Below are positions 40,484-49,475 of a stretch of DNA of 64,000 nucleotides, piece by piece. The notes under the pieces were generated by a model. That model saw only the letters and a list, made by a program, of their open reading frames with translations. It made no database searches and was not told the origin of the DNA. Positions within the stretch are counted from its first letter, which is position 1. Each line of letters opens with the position of its first letter. This DNA comes from Patescibacteria group bacterium (GTDB taxonomy: Bacteria; Patescibacteriota; WWE3; UBA101185; UBA10185): positions 168,996 through 232,995 of the forward strand of contig JAFGOI010000004.1 in assembly GCA_016926555.1 (NCBI GenBank), given 5' to 3'. Position numbers and translations under genes: made by a program.

Positions 40484-42244
40484 GTGCCAAGTTTCTATGA
40501 TTTTTCCAATTCAGAAGTTGTTCAGCAGTTAAAAGAGGTTTTGGCCGCGATGCAGATTAAGGATGCGGACGCTTTTAGAATTAGGGCTTATGATAACGCG
40601 GTTACCGCATTAGATAACCTGACTGTTTCCATTAAAGATGTGTGGGAGGATGATCGATTGAACCAAATTCCCGGAATTGGTTCCAGTTTGGCGCAGCATT
40701 TAAATGAACTTTTTACGAAGGGTCGGGTTTCGGAATGGGAGAAGGTAAAGGAAAATCTTCCTGAAGGAATGTTTGGTTTAATTGGGCTAAGAGGGGTTGG
40801 TGCTAAGAAAGCTTATAAATTGGCAAGTGAGTTCCAGCTTAATTCCAAGGAAACCGCTATCGAAGAACTTAAGGATTACGCGGAAAAACAAGAAATTAGA
40901 GATCTTTCTGGATTCGGCGATAAATCTGAAAAAGATATCTTAGAAGCTATTGAACAATCGAAAATGACAAAAAGTGAGAAGCCCCGAATGTTGCTAATAC
41001 GAGCTGAAATCATCGCGGAAAGAATAAAAAAGCACATGAATTTGCTTGACTGCATTGAAAAAATGGAAGTTCTAGGGTCTTTTAGGAGGAGAAATCCAAC
41101 TGTGGGAGATTTGGATTTCGCTGTTGCTACAACAAAGACAAAAGAAGTGATAGACCATTTTCTTGAATTCCCGGAAATTTCCGAGATCTTAGCCCAAGGA
41201 GAAAATAAAGTCATGGTTGTTCTTTCAAATGATACGCAGGTTGATTTAAGAGTGTCTTCTCCCGAAGCGTATGGCGCGATGCTTCAATATAACACGGGGA
41301 ATGTGCAGCATAACATAATTCTTAGAACCCACGCGTTGGAAAAGGGATTATCTTTATCGGAATACGGAATAAAAGATAAAAAGACAAACAAAATAAAAGA
41401 ATTCGCTACAGAAGAAGAATTTTATGAATATTTAGGTCTGCAGTATATTCCACCTGAATTAAGGTACGGGCATAACGAAATAGAATTGGCTCGTGAAAAC
41501 AAAATTCCAAAATTAATAGATGTCAGTGATATTAAAGGTGATCTTCACACACATACGGTTTATTCTGATGGGCTGAATTCTGTTTCCGAGATGGCGGAGA
41601 CGGCTTTGTCTTTAGGATATGAGTATTATGGGATCACGGATCATTCTCCCAGCATTCAAAGTAGGGGAAGGGATGAGGTGGAAAAATTAATTTCGAGTCA
41701 GAAAGCCGAAATAGAGAGTTTTAATAAAAGTCAGAATAAGCTTAGGGTGCTTTTTGGTTATGAATTGAATATTCTTGTGAGTAATAAGTTGAGTCTCCCC
41801 GATGACATTCTGAAGGAACTAGATATTGTGGTTGCAGGGGTGCATTCCTCGTTTGAGCAAGACAAAAATACAATGACAAAAAGGCTTATTTCTGCCATTG
41901 AAAACGAATATGTCCATATTATCGCGCATCCATTGAATCGATTAATTAACGAAAGGAAGGCGGTTGATCTAAATTGGAATAAAGTGTTTGACTCCATAAA
42001 GGAGAATAATAAGGTGTTGGAGATCAATTCTCAGCCAAATAGACTTGACCTTTCGGATGATTTAGTGCGCGAGGCGGCTCAAAAAGGTATAAAGATGATT
42101 ATTGATACAGATGCGCATCAAACCTCGCAACTGTTATATATGAGATACGGAGTTGATGTTGCCAGGAGGGGTTGGTGCGAAAGAAAACATATTCTGAATA
42201 CTCTGCCAAGATCAGACTTCTTAAAAGAACTCGGGATTAAATAA
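40484..42244 (+). CDS. polX: Family X DNA polymerase with C-terminal PHP phosphoesterase domain (PolX)
   Basis: HhH N-domain. Pol-beta-like 'GSFRRRNPTVGDLDFAV'. PHP motifs 'DLHTHTVYSDG', 'ITDH' and 'DTDAHQ'. Confidence 0.85.
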   Translation: MPSFYDFSNSEVVQQLKEVLAAMQIKDADAFRIRAYDNAVTALDNLTVSIKDVWEDDRLNQIPGIGSSLAQHLNELFTKGRVSEWEKVKENLPEGMFGLIGLRGVGAKKAYKLASEFQLNSKETAIEELKDYAEKQEIRDLSGFGDKSEKDILEAIEQSKMTKSEKPRMLLIRAEIIAERIKKHMNLLDCIEKMEVLGSFRRRNPTVGDLDFAVATTKTKEVIDHFLEFPEISEILAQGENKVMVVLSNDTQVDLRVSSPEAYGAMLQYNTGNVQHNIILRTHALEKGLSLSEYGIKDKKTNKIKEFATEEEFYEYLGLQYIPPELRYGHNEIELARENKIPKLIDVSDIKGDLHTHTVYSDGLNSVSEMAETALSLGYEYYGITDHSPSIQSRGRDEVEKLISSQKAEIESFNKSQNKLRVLFGYELNILVSNKLSLPDDILKELDIVVAGVHSSFEQDKNTMTKRLISAIENEYVHIIAHPLNRLINERKAVDLNWNKVFDSIKENNKVLEINSQPNRLDLSDDLVREAAQKGIKMIIDTDAHQTSQLLYMRYGVDVARRGWCERKHILNTLPRSDFLKELGIK

Positions 42245-42335
42245 ATCTTATTTAAAACTCTCGGAATGCTGTATAATCAACTTGTTTGGTTGAAACTAAT
42301 TAAATTGGATTTCTTAGAAAATAGGAGGTGAAATT

Positions 42336-42911
42336 ATGTCTTTATTTACTGTGCTAATACTAGCTGTAGTTTTAGCAGGAATATATTTAATTACCATATA
42401 CAACGTCTTTGCGTCCCTGAAAATTAAGATAGGTGAAGCGTGGAGCCAGATTGATGTTCAACTTAAAAGAAGAACCGATCTGATACCTAATTTGGTTGAA
42501 ACAGTCAAGGGGTATGCCTCACATGAGAAGGAAGTTTTTGAGAATGTTACACAGGCAAGATCTGCTTTAATGTCGGCTCAGAACCCGAAAGAAGCCGGGG
42601 AGGCCGATAAAGCGCTAACCTCCGCTTTGGGAAGGCTTTTTGCTGTTGCTGAAAACTATCCGGTGCTTAAAGCTCAGGAAGGCTTCTTGAATTTGCAGAA
42701 AGAATTGAGTGATACTGAAGACAAAGTTGCTTATTCCAGACAGTTTTACAATAGCGTTGTAAGACAGTTTAATGAAAAGCTTGCGGTGTTTCCCAGCAAT
42801 TTAATTGGGAAGCTATTTGGCTATAAATCCGAGGAGTTTTTCGAAGCTGAGGAATCAGAAAGAAAAGCAGTTAAAGTTGATTTCTCTGATAAATCTGACA
42901 AAAAAGAATAG
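42336..42911 (+). CDS. lemA: LemA family protein
   Basis: N-terminal TM plus 'YNVFASLKIKIGEAWSQIDVQLKRRTDLIPNLVETVKGYASHEKEVFE'. Strong SD 'AGGAGGTGA' upstream. Confidence 0.85.
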   Translation: MSLFTVLILAVVLAGIYLITIYNVFASLKIKIGEAWSQIDVQLKRRTDLIPNLVETVKGYASHEKEVFENVTQARSALMSAQNPKEAGEADKALTSALGRLFAVAENYPVLKAQEGFLNLQKELSDTEDKVAYSRQFYNSVVRQFNEKLAVFPSNLIGKLFGYKSEEFFEAEESERKAVKVDFSDKSDKKE

Positions 42912-42929
42912 TTGTCTGCAAATTAGAAC

Positions 42930-43847
42930 ATGCCGAATATTTATCAACACATAGGTAAAAATAAGCGTGATACTTTTATTATTGTTGTGTTATTTATCGC
43001 TGTTATAAGTTTTATCGGATGGTTCATGGGTGAAATTTACATAGGTGGGGAGGGGTATTTTTTTGTCGGGTGGGCTTTGGTGTTGTCCGGTTTGTCGTCT
43101 TTCATCACTTATTATAATTCGGATAAGATCGTGTTGGCTATATCCGGCGCGACAGAAGTAAAGTATGAAGACGATCCCTACCTTCATAAATTAGTCGAAA
43201 ATATGACTATCGCTTCCGGTATTCCAACGCCGCGTATATATAAGATAGAGGATACCGCCATGAATGCTTTTGCCACAGGGAGAGATCCGGAACATAGTGT
43301 TATATGTTTTACAACGGGTATTGTGGATGGTTTGGAAAAGCGCGAATTAGAAGGAGTTATAGCCCATGAAATGTCACATATTGGAAATTATGATATTAGA
43401 TTAATGTCCATAGTAAGTGTGTTAGTAGGTTCTATACAGTTGCTGGCGGATTTCTTTACAAGAGGAAGGTTTTATAAAATGGGAGGGGGAAGAAGGTCTG
43501 GTTCTTCCAGAAGTGGCGGTCGAGTGGGGATGATTATTATGGTTCTTGGAATACTAATGCTTATTATCAGCCCTATAATTGCTACGTTGATCAAGATGGC
43601 TATTAGCAGAAAAAGGGAATACTTGGCTGATTCAACAGCGGCTTTAATTACACGTTATCCTCAGGGTTTGGCAAACGCTTTAAGAAAGCTGTCTAAGGAT
43701 AGGGAAATACTTGAGGCTGCAAATGGAGCTACTGCACATCTTTATATAGTTGCTCCTATCAAGGATAGTTTTGGTTTTACTATTATGACTGCTTTCAGCA
43801 CGCATCCTCCTATAGAAGATAGAATTGCGCGTCTTGAGAGTATGTAA
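42930..43847 (+). CDS. htpX: Zinc metalloprotease HtpX (M48)
   Basis: 'GVIAHEMSHIGNYD' HExxH and four TM helices. Confidence 0.85.
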   Translation: MPNIYQHIGKNKRDTFIIVVLFIAVISFIGWFMGEIYIGGEGYFFVGWALVLSGLSSFITYYNSDKIVLAISGATEVKYEDDPYLHKLVENMTIASGIPTPRIYKIEDTAMNAFATGRDPEHSVICFTTGIVDGLEKRELEGVIAHEMSHIGNYDIRLMSIVSVLVGSIQLLADFFTRGRFYKMGGGRRSGSSRSGGRVGMIIMVLGILMLIISPIIATLIKMAISRKREYLADSTAALITRYPQGLANALRKLSKDREILEAANGATAHLYIVAPIKDSFGFTIMTAFSTHPPIEDRIARLESM

Positions 43848-44190
43848 GTATGAGATTGAGTATATATTGATGCTAAGGTATTATGTGTCCATGAAAGCAA
43901 TTTCGAAAGAACAAGTAAAACGCATCGCAGAGCTGGCGAAATTAAATGTTTCCGGTGAAGAGGAAGAATTTTCCGAGATCCTTAGTGACACAATAGATTA
44001 TATTAACGTTTTAGGGGAGCTTGATGTTTTTGATACGAAGCCCACCTGTCAGGTTACCGGTCTTAAGAATGTTTATCAGGAAGGGGATAAGCAGAAGGCC
44101 ACTTTGTCACAAAAAGATGCCCTATCAAACGCCAGTGAGGTAATAGACGGATTATTCGCAACCGATGCGGTTTTTGAAAGAGATATATGA
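43825..44190 (+). CDS. gatC: Asp/Glu-tRNA amidotransferase subunit C (GatC)
   Basis: 'ISKEQVKRIAELAKLNVSGEEEEFSEILSDTIDYINVLGELD'. The likely true start is an internal Met around 43888. Confidence 0.8.
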   Translation: MRVLRVCKYEIEYILMLRYYVSMKAISKEQVKRIAELAKLNVSGEEEEFSEILSDTIDYINVLGELDVFDTKPTCQVTGLKNVYQEGDKQKATLSQKDALSNASEVIDGLFATDAVFERDI

Positions 44191-45617
44191 GTGGATTAAA
44201 CAAATTCAGCCTTGCAGAATCTAGGGAGCTTTTAAAAAAGGGGGAGATATCCAGCGAAGATTTGGTTAGGGCGTGTTTAGAACAGATAGAAGTTTATGAT
44301 CCGAAAATAAAGGCCTTTGTTACAGTGTTAGAGGATAAAGCTTTAAGACAGGCAAAAAGGGCTGATAATCTAATAAAAAAACGAGGCAAGGAGGTGTTTG
44401 ATGAAAAACCTCTTCTTGGGATACCATATGCGGCTAAAGATAACTTTTCAACTAGAGGAGTACTTACCACATCTTCGTCCAATATGCTTGATAATTATAT
44501 TCCCCCATTTGACGCAACCGTAATAAAAAGGTTAAACGAAGCCGGTGCTATTCTTATTGGAAAAACAAACATGGATGCCTTTGCTCATGGCGCTTCAACT
44601 GAAGCGTCTGATTTCTTTACTACTAAAAACCCCTGGGATACTGATAAGGTTGCGGGTGGTTCATCGGGAGGCTCCGCTGCCGCAGTAGGATCTGATATGT
44701 GTGTTTTTGCAGTTGGGAGTGAAACCGGAGGAAGTATTAGGGGGCCCGCATCTTGGTGTGGGGTTGTCGGGTTTAAACCAAGTTATGGAAGAGTATCTAG
44801 ATATGGTGTAACTGCCATGGCCTCATCGACGGATTCTCCTGGTCCGATCACTAAAACTGTTAAAGATGCCGCCATAGTATTGGGTATTATTGCAGGTAAA
44901 GATCCTTTTGACGCTACAACATCCCCTGTGCAAGTGCCAAATTATTTGTCCGGCAGTGAAGAAATTGATGTGAAAGGTTTAAAAATCGGGAAACCACGAT
45001 CGTATTTTGAGGTGGGTCTTGATGAGCCAATTAGGAAATGTGTTGAGAGTGGTTTGAAAGAGCTTGGAAAGCAAGGCGCGGAAATTGTGGACGTAGACCT
45101 TTTAGATCCGAAATACTCAATTTCTGTGTACACAATTCTTCAGAGATCGGAAGTGTCATCAAATCTCGGCAGACTTGACGGGATAAGGTACGGTAACACA
45201 CGGGACCATTTTGGTAAGGAAGCAAAGAAAAGGATAATGCTAGGTACGTATACGTTGAGTTCCGGTTATTATGATGAATACTATGGAAAGGCTCAGAAAG
45301 TACGTACTTTGATAATAGATGATTTCAATAAAGTGCTGGAAAGAGTGAATTTTATATGTGGTCCTACGATGCCATGCACAGCCATGGATATTGGTGCGAT
45401 AGATACTTCTCCTTTGTTTGGGGAATTGATAGACTTACTAAATGAACCTAGTAGTATCGCTGGGTTACCCGGTGTGACTATTCCGTGTGGTTATGTTAAG
45501 GATCTTCCGGTGGGAATTCAGTTTATAGGAAGAATGATGGGTGAAAAGACAATTTTAAATGTTTCTCATAGATTTCAACAAGTAACAAATTATCACAAAG
45601 AAAGGCCAAATCTATGA
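44187..45617 (+). CDS. gatA: Asp/Glu-tRNA amidotransferase subunit A (GatA)
   Basis: Amidase signature 'GGSSGGSAAAVG' with the Ser-cisSer-Lys triad context. ATGA overlap with gatC. Confidence 0.92.
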   Translation: MSGLNKFSLAESRELLKKGEISSEDLVRACLEQIEVYDPKIKAFVTVLEDKALRQAKRADNLIKKRGKEVFDEKPLLGIPYAAKDNFSTRGVLTTSSSNMLDNYIPPFDATVIKRLNEAGAILIGKTNMDAFAHGASTEASDFFTTKNPWDTDKVAGGSSGGSAAAVGSDMCVFAVGSETGGSIRGPASWCGVVGFKPSYGRVSRYGVTAMASSTDSPGPITKTVKDAAIVLGIIAGKDPFDATTSPVQVPNYLSGSEEIDVKGLKIGKPRSYFEVGLDEPIRKCVESGLKELGKQGAEIVDVDLLDPKYSISVYTILQRSEVSSNLGRLDGIRYGNTRDHFGKEAKKRIMLGTYTLSSGYYDEYYGKAQKVRTLIIDDFNKVLERVNFICGPTMPCTAMDIGAIDTSPLFGELIDLLNEPSSIAGLPGVTIPCGYVKDLPVGIQFIGRMMGEKTILNVSHRFQQVTNYHKERPNL

Positions 45618-45817
45618 ATACTCGCGCACTTTTACCTGTAATAGTATTTATCTTGATGCTCGGTTTAGCTATAGTGGCGGGGAATTTTGTTATCGCCAAA
45701 ATAATACACATCCCGTTGGATAAAGCACCGTTCTTTTTGAAGGCAATCGTCCATGGAGTAGCGTTAGGAGGTGTATTTTATGTTGGCGCGAAGTACTTTG
45801 GGAGTAAAATGGGATGA
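45614..45817 (+). CDS. Hypothetical 67-aa two-TM membrane peptide
   Basis: Hydrophobic 'LLPVIVFILMLGLAIVAGNFVIAKII' and 'AIVHGVALGGVFYVGA'. ATGA overlap with the gatA stop. Confidence 0.4.
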   Translation: MNTRALLPVIVFILMLGLAIVAGNFVIAKIIHIPLDKAPFFLKAIVHGVALGGVFYVGAKYFGSKMG

Positions 45818-46200
45818 ATTTATTTTGGTGGCTCTCTCCTAAGAAGAAAAGAGCCATAGTAAAAGGTGAGACTTTAGATTCAGTCAGGAGAGAATGGAGT
45901 GAAATTAAAATATTGCTTGCCCAAGGTAGTCCTAGCCAGTTGAAACAGGCCTTGATTGCAGCCGATAAGACTGTAGATACGGTGTTAAAAGATATTATTG
46001 AGGGGGATACAATGGGTGAAAGATTAAGGAATGCTAGGGATAAATTCGATGACAGAGATACGTACCAAGGTATATGGGATGCACATAAAATGAGGAATGC
46101 TTTAGTGCACGAATCAGGCTTTGAGCTTACCCATTTCTCCCTTAAGAAGGGTGTTGAAAAGCTGAAAGAAGGTTTGAAGGCTTTAGGAATAGCTGTATGA
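45814..46200 (+). CDS. HEPN-domain protein, HepT/DUF86-like (Rx4H motif)
   Basis: 128 aa, predicted all-alpha. Carries 'GIWDAHKMRNALVHESGF', i.e. a W-x6-R-N-x3-H-E arrangement. ATGA overlaps with both the upstream peptide and gatB. Confidence 0.4.
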   Translation: MNLFWWLSPKKKRAIVKGETLDSVRREWSEIKILLAQGSPSQLKQALIAADKTVDTVLKDIIEGDTMGERLRNARDKFDDRDTYQGIWDAHKMRNALVHESGFELTHFSLKKGVEKLKEGLKALGIAV

Positions 46201-47534
46201 ATGAGACCGATAAAGAAAATATATTAGGTGAATACAAGTTGGTGCTTGGTTTGGAAATACACGCACATGCGAAGACCGAGAATAAAATGTTTTGCGGCTG
46301 TAGCGCGGATATATGGAAAGCCGAGCCAAACTCCCATACTTGTCCCACGTGTCTTGGGTTGCCGGGAGCGTTGCCTGTTCCGAACCTGGAAGCAATTAAA
46401 AAGACCCAAAAACTCGGTATAGCACTTAATTGTGAGATAAACAGAGATTCCCGTTTTGATAGGAAGCATTACTTCTATCCGGATTTACCGAAGGGATTTC
46501 AGATTAGTCAGTACAAGCAGCCGTTATGCATAAATGGATGGTTAGAACTGGATTCCGGCAATAATGCGGATATAGAGAGGATACATTTAGAGGAGGATAC
46601 GGCAAAGTCTTTTCATAAGAAGGGGAAAACTCTTATTGATTTCAATAAGTCCGGAGTTCCGCTGATTGAGTTAGTTACTAGACCATGCTTTACATCTGCG
46701 GAAGATGCGGTGGATTTTTCTAAGAAGTTTCACACCATTTTAAGATATTTAGATGTAAGTGATGCCGACATGGAAAAGGGGCAGTTTAGAATTGAGCCTA
46801 ATATCTCCCTTCGTACTCCTGAAATGGAAGAAAAAAACGAGCTTCCTAATTATAAGGTGGAGGTTAAGAACATTAATTCTTTTAAATTTATGGAGAAAGC
46901 AGTGCGGGCGGAAATGAAACGTCAGCGTGAACTTTTAGATAAAGGGGAAACTCCTGTTCAAGAAAACAGGGGATATAACGAATATACAGGGAAGACCGAT
47001 CCGCAAAGATCAAAGGAAGAAGCGCATGATTATAGATATTTTCCGGAGCCGGATATTCCGCCAATGGAATTCGATACTGAATATATGGAAGATTTAGTAA
47101 AAGGTTTGCCTGAATTGCCGGGGCAGATAATTACTAGATTAACTAAAACACATGGAGTGCCGGAAAGTATAGCCAAAACGTTAGTTGAGAAATTTGGAAA
47201 AGAATATGTATCTAGGTTTGATTCTATTGTGTCTTTAGGTCTATCAGGAGATAAAGTAGCGAGTTTATTGGTTAATAGAAAGGAATATCAGGAGTTATCC
47301 TCGGAGGAGTTTAAGAAAAGATTAGAAGATGATGAAAAGACGATAGATACCGATTTAAAGCCAATTGTGGCAGAAGTGCTAAAGGAAAATCCGCAAGCTT
47401 TACGGGATTACAAAAAAGGGAAGGAAAATGCAGCTCAATTCCTACTTGGCATGGTAATGAGAAAAACAAAAGGGCAGGCTAACGCTGCGCAAGTACAGGA
47501 ATTGCTGCTGAAGGAAATTAAAGAACAAATGTAG
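46197..47534 (+). CDS. gatB: Asp/Glu-tRNA amidotransferase subunit B (GatB)
   Basis: 'YKLVLGLEIHAHAKTENKMFCGCS...HTCPTCLGLPGALPVPN'. Length typical of GatB. Confidence 0.92.
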   Translation: MNETDKENILGEYKLVLGLEIHAHAKTENKMFCGCSADIWKAEPNSHTCPTCLGLPGALPVPNLEAIKKTQKLGIALNCEINRDSRFDRKHYFYPDLPKGFQISQYKQPLCINGWLELDSGNNADIERIHLEEDTAKSFHKKGKTLIDFNKSGVPLIELVTRPCFTSAEDAVDFSKKFHTILRYLDVSDADMEKGQFRIEPNISLRTPEMEEKNELPNYKVEVKNINSFKFMEKAVRAEMKRQRELLDKGETPVQENRGYNEYTGKTDPQRSKEEAHDYRYFPEPDIPPMEFDTEYMEDLVKGLPELPGQIITRLTKTHGVPESIAKTLVEKFGKEYVSRFDSIVSLGLSGDKVASLLVNRKEYQELSSEEFKKRLEDDEKTIDTDLKPIVAEVLKENPQALRDYKKGKENAAQFLLGMVMRKTKGQANAAQVQELLLKEIKEQM

Positions 47535-47580
47535 ATTTGTGTAACTAACACACCGATTAGTTTACTGATATATTACAATT

Positions 47581-49428
47581 ATGGATTTGAAATTTGATCC
47601 GGACAACCCGAAATATGAATACGTAACCTCATTGGATCAGGCAAACGTTGCGTTAGAAGCATTGGAGAAAGAGCGCGTTGTGGGTGTGGACGTAGAAGCT
47701 AATTCTTTAGACCCGTTTTCGATTATCTTGTTTACAGTTCAGATCGGAACTCCAACCATTTCATATATTTTTGATGCCAGGAAGTTGGATCTGGAGAAAT
47801 TCGAAAGATTCAAGAGCTTGCTTGAAAATCCAAAAACTACAAAGCTTCTTATGAATGCGAAATATGATTACAAGGTACTAAAAGCTCAGCTAGGAATTAA
47901 TATGCGGAATTTGTACGATGTAATGCTTGCTGAGCTCGTCTTAAATGCAGGGATAGGAAGAAAATTTTATAGTCTCAAATATTTAGCCAGTAAATATGTT
48001 CAGGTAATTATGGATAAGGACACCAGAGATAAGTTTATAAAAATGACAAAAAGATCAAATTTATCGGAAGATCTCTTAAGGTATGGAGCTATGGATACAT
48101 TAGTATTATTTCCGATTTTTGAGCAACAGATAGTGAAATTAAAGGAAGAAAAGCTTATTAATGTGGCAAAATTAGAGTTTGCTGCAGTGAGAGTTGTCGG
48201 TGACATGGAACTTAGAGGAATATACATTGATAGTAAAAGATGGAAAGATATTATTAAAAACCTTGAGGACAAAAGAAATATCTATGCGGTACAGTTTCAG
48301 GAGATTATTCGTCCTTATTACAACTATAAGTTAGTCGATTTGTTTGGGAATGTGGGCAATGCGATTAACATAAACAGTCAGACGCAGTTAATGGACCTTT
48401 TTAATAACCGTTTGAATTTTAACATTCCTTCTACGGGAGACTCAATTTTATCGACGGTTGATCACCCCGTAGCTGAAGTGTTGAGGAACTACAGAAAGTA
48501 TGAGAAATTGGTTTCCGCTTTTGGTATTAGCTTACTGGCTAAACTTCATCCCAAGACAAAGAGGTTTCATCCAGAGTTTAACCAAATGGGAACTGCAACT
48601 GGAAGATTTTCCTGTAATAATCCAAATTTACAGCAAATACCGAGAAACACGGAAGAGGCACCTTTTAGGGAGTGTTTCAATCCGGCGAAGGGATATAAGC
48701 TCGTAACCGCGGACTATTCATCTTTTGAAATGAGGATTCTGGCGGAACTCTCAAATGATGCCAAGATGCTAAAGGCTTTAAACGAGGGTTTAGACATACA
48801 CTCCTATACGGCTTCTCTAATGTTTAATAAGCCTTATTCAGCGGATTTTAAAAATAAATATCCGGATTTACGGCAAATAGCTAAACCGATAGGATTCGGT
48901 TTGATGTACGGAATGGGTCCTATAGGTTTGGTAAGCACGTTAGAAATGCAGACGGGTACGGTTATTAGCAAGGATATCGCGGAGGATTATATGGAGAAGT
49001 ATTTCGCCAGTTATCCCAGTGTTCGGGATTTTCTGGAGACTACAGCTAAAAGGGCAGTCCAGCGGGGATGGAGTATGACGCCCGCCGGGAGAAAACGATG
49101 GTTTAATATACCTGATAAAGATGATCCCGATTACAGAAGAAAAATAGCGCAAATAATGAGAGAAGCGAAAAATCATCCGATTCAGGGTACAAATGCTGAC
49201 GCTATAAAATTTGCCCTTGTGTATATTTCGGACAGATTGGAAAAAGAAGGTGTCGATGGCGGGATAACTCATACGGTGCATGACGAAATAGTATGTGAAA
49301 TAAGGGAAGATCAGGCAGAAGACTGGGCGTTGATCCAATCAGAGGAAATGGTGAGAGCGGCAGAGTTATTTATAAGTAAGGTGGAAGTTACATCAGAGCC
49401 TTTCGTCGGGGATGTTTGGGAGCACTAG
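47581..49428 (+). CDS. polA: Family A DNA polymerase (3'-5' exonuclease + polymerase domains, no 5'-nuclease domain)
   Basis: Exo motif 'VGVDVEAN'. Polymerase motifs 'MGTATGRFSCNNPNLQQIP', 'DYSSFEMRILAELS' and 'HDEIVCE'. 615 aa. Confidence 0.8.
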   Translation: MDLKFDPDNPKYEYVTSLDQANVALEALEKERVVGVDVEANSLDPFSIILFTVQIGTPTISYIFDARKLDLEKFERFKSLLENPKTTKLLMNAKYDYKVLKAQLGINMRNLYDVMLAELVLNAGIGRKFYSLKYLASKYVQVIMDKDTRDKFIKMTKRSNLSEDLLRYGAMDTLVLFPIFEQQIVKLKEEKLINVAKLEFAAVRVVGDMELRGIYIDSKRWKDIIKNLEDKRNIYAVQFQEIIRPYYNYKLVDLFGNVGNAININSQTQLMDLFNNRLNFNIPSTGDSILSTVDHPVAEVLRNYRKYEKLVSAFGISLLAKLHPKTKRFHPEFNQMGTATGRFSCNNPNLQQIPRNTEEAPFRECFNPAKGYKLVTADYSSFEMRILAELSNDAKMLKALNEGLDIHSYTASLMFNKPYSADFKNKYPDLRQIAKPIGFGLMYGMGPIGLVSTLEMQTGTVISKDIAEDYMEKYFASYPSVRDFLETTAKRAVQRGWSMTPAGRKRWFNIPDKDDPDYRRKIAQIMREAKNHPIQGTNADAIKFALVYISDRLEKEGVDGGITHTVHDEIVCEIREDQAEDWALIQSEEMVRAAELFISKVEVTSEPFVGDVWEH

Positions 49429-49475
49429 ACGTATCACTCATTGACTTGAAGTGCTAATTTGCTAGAATATTTCTT

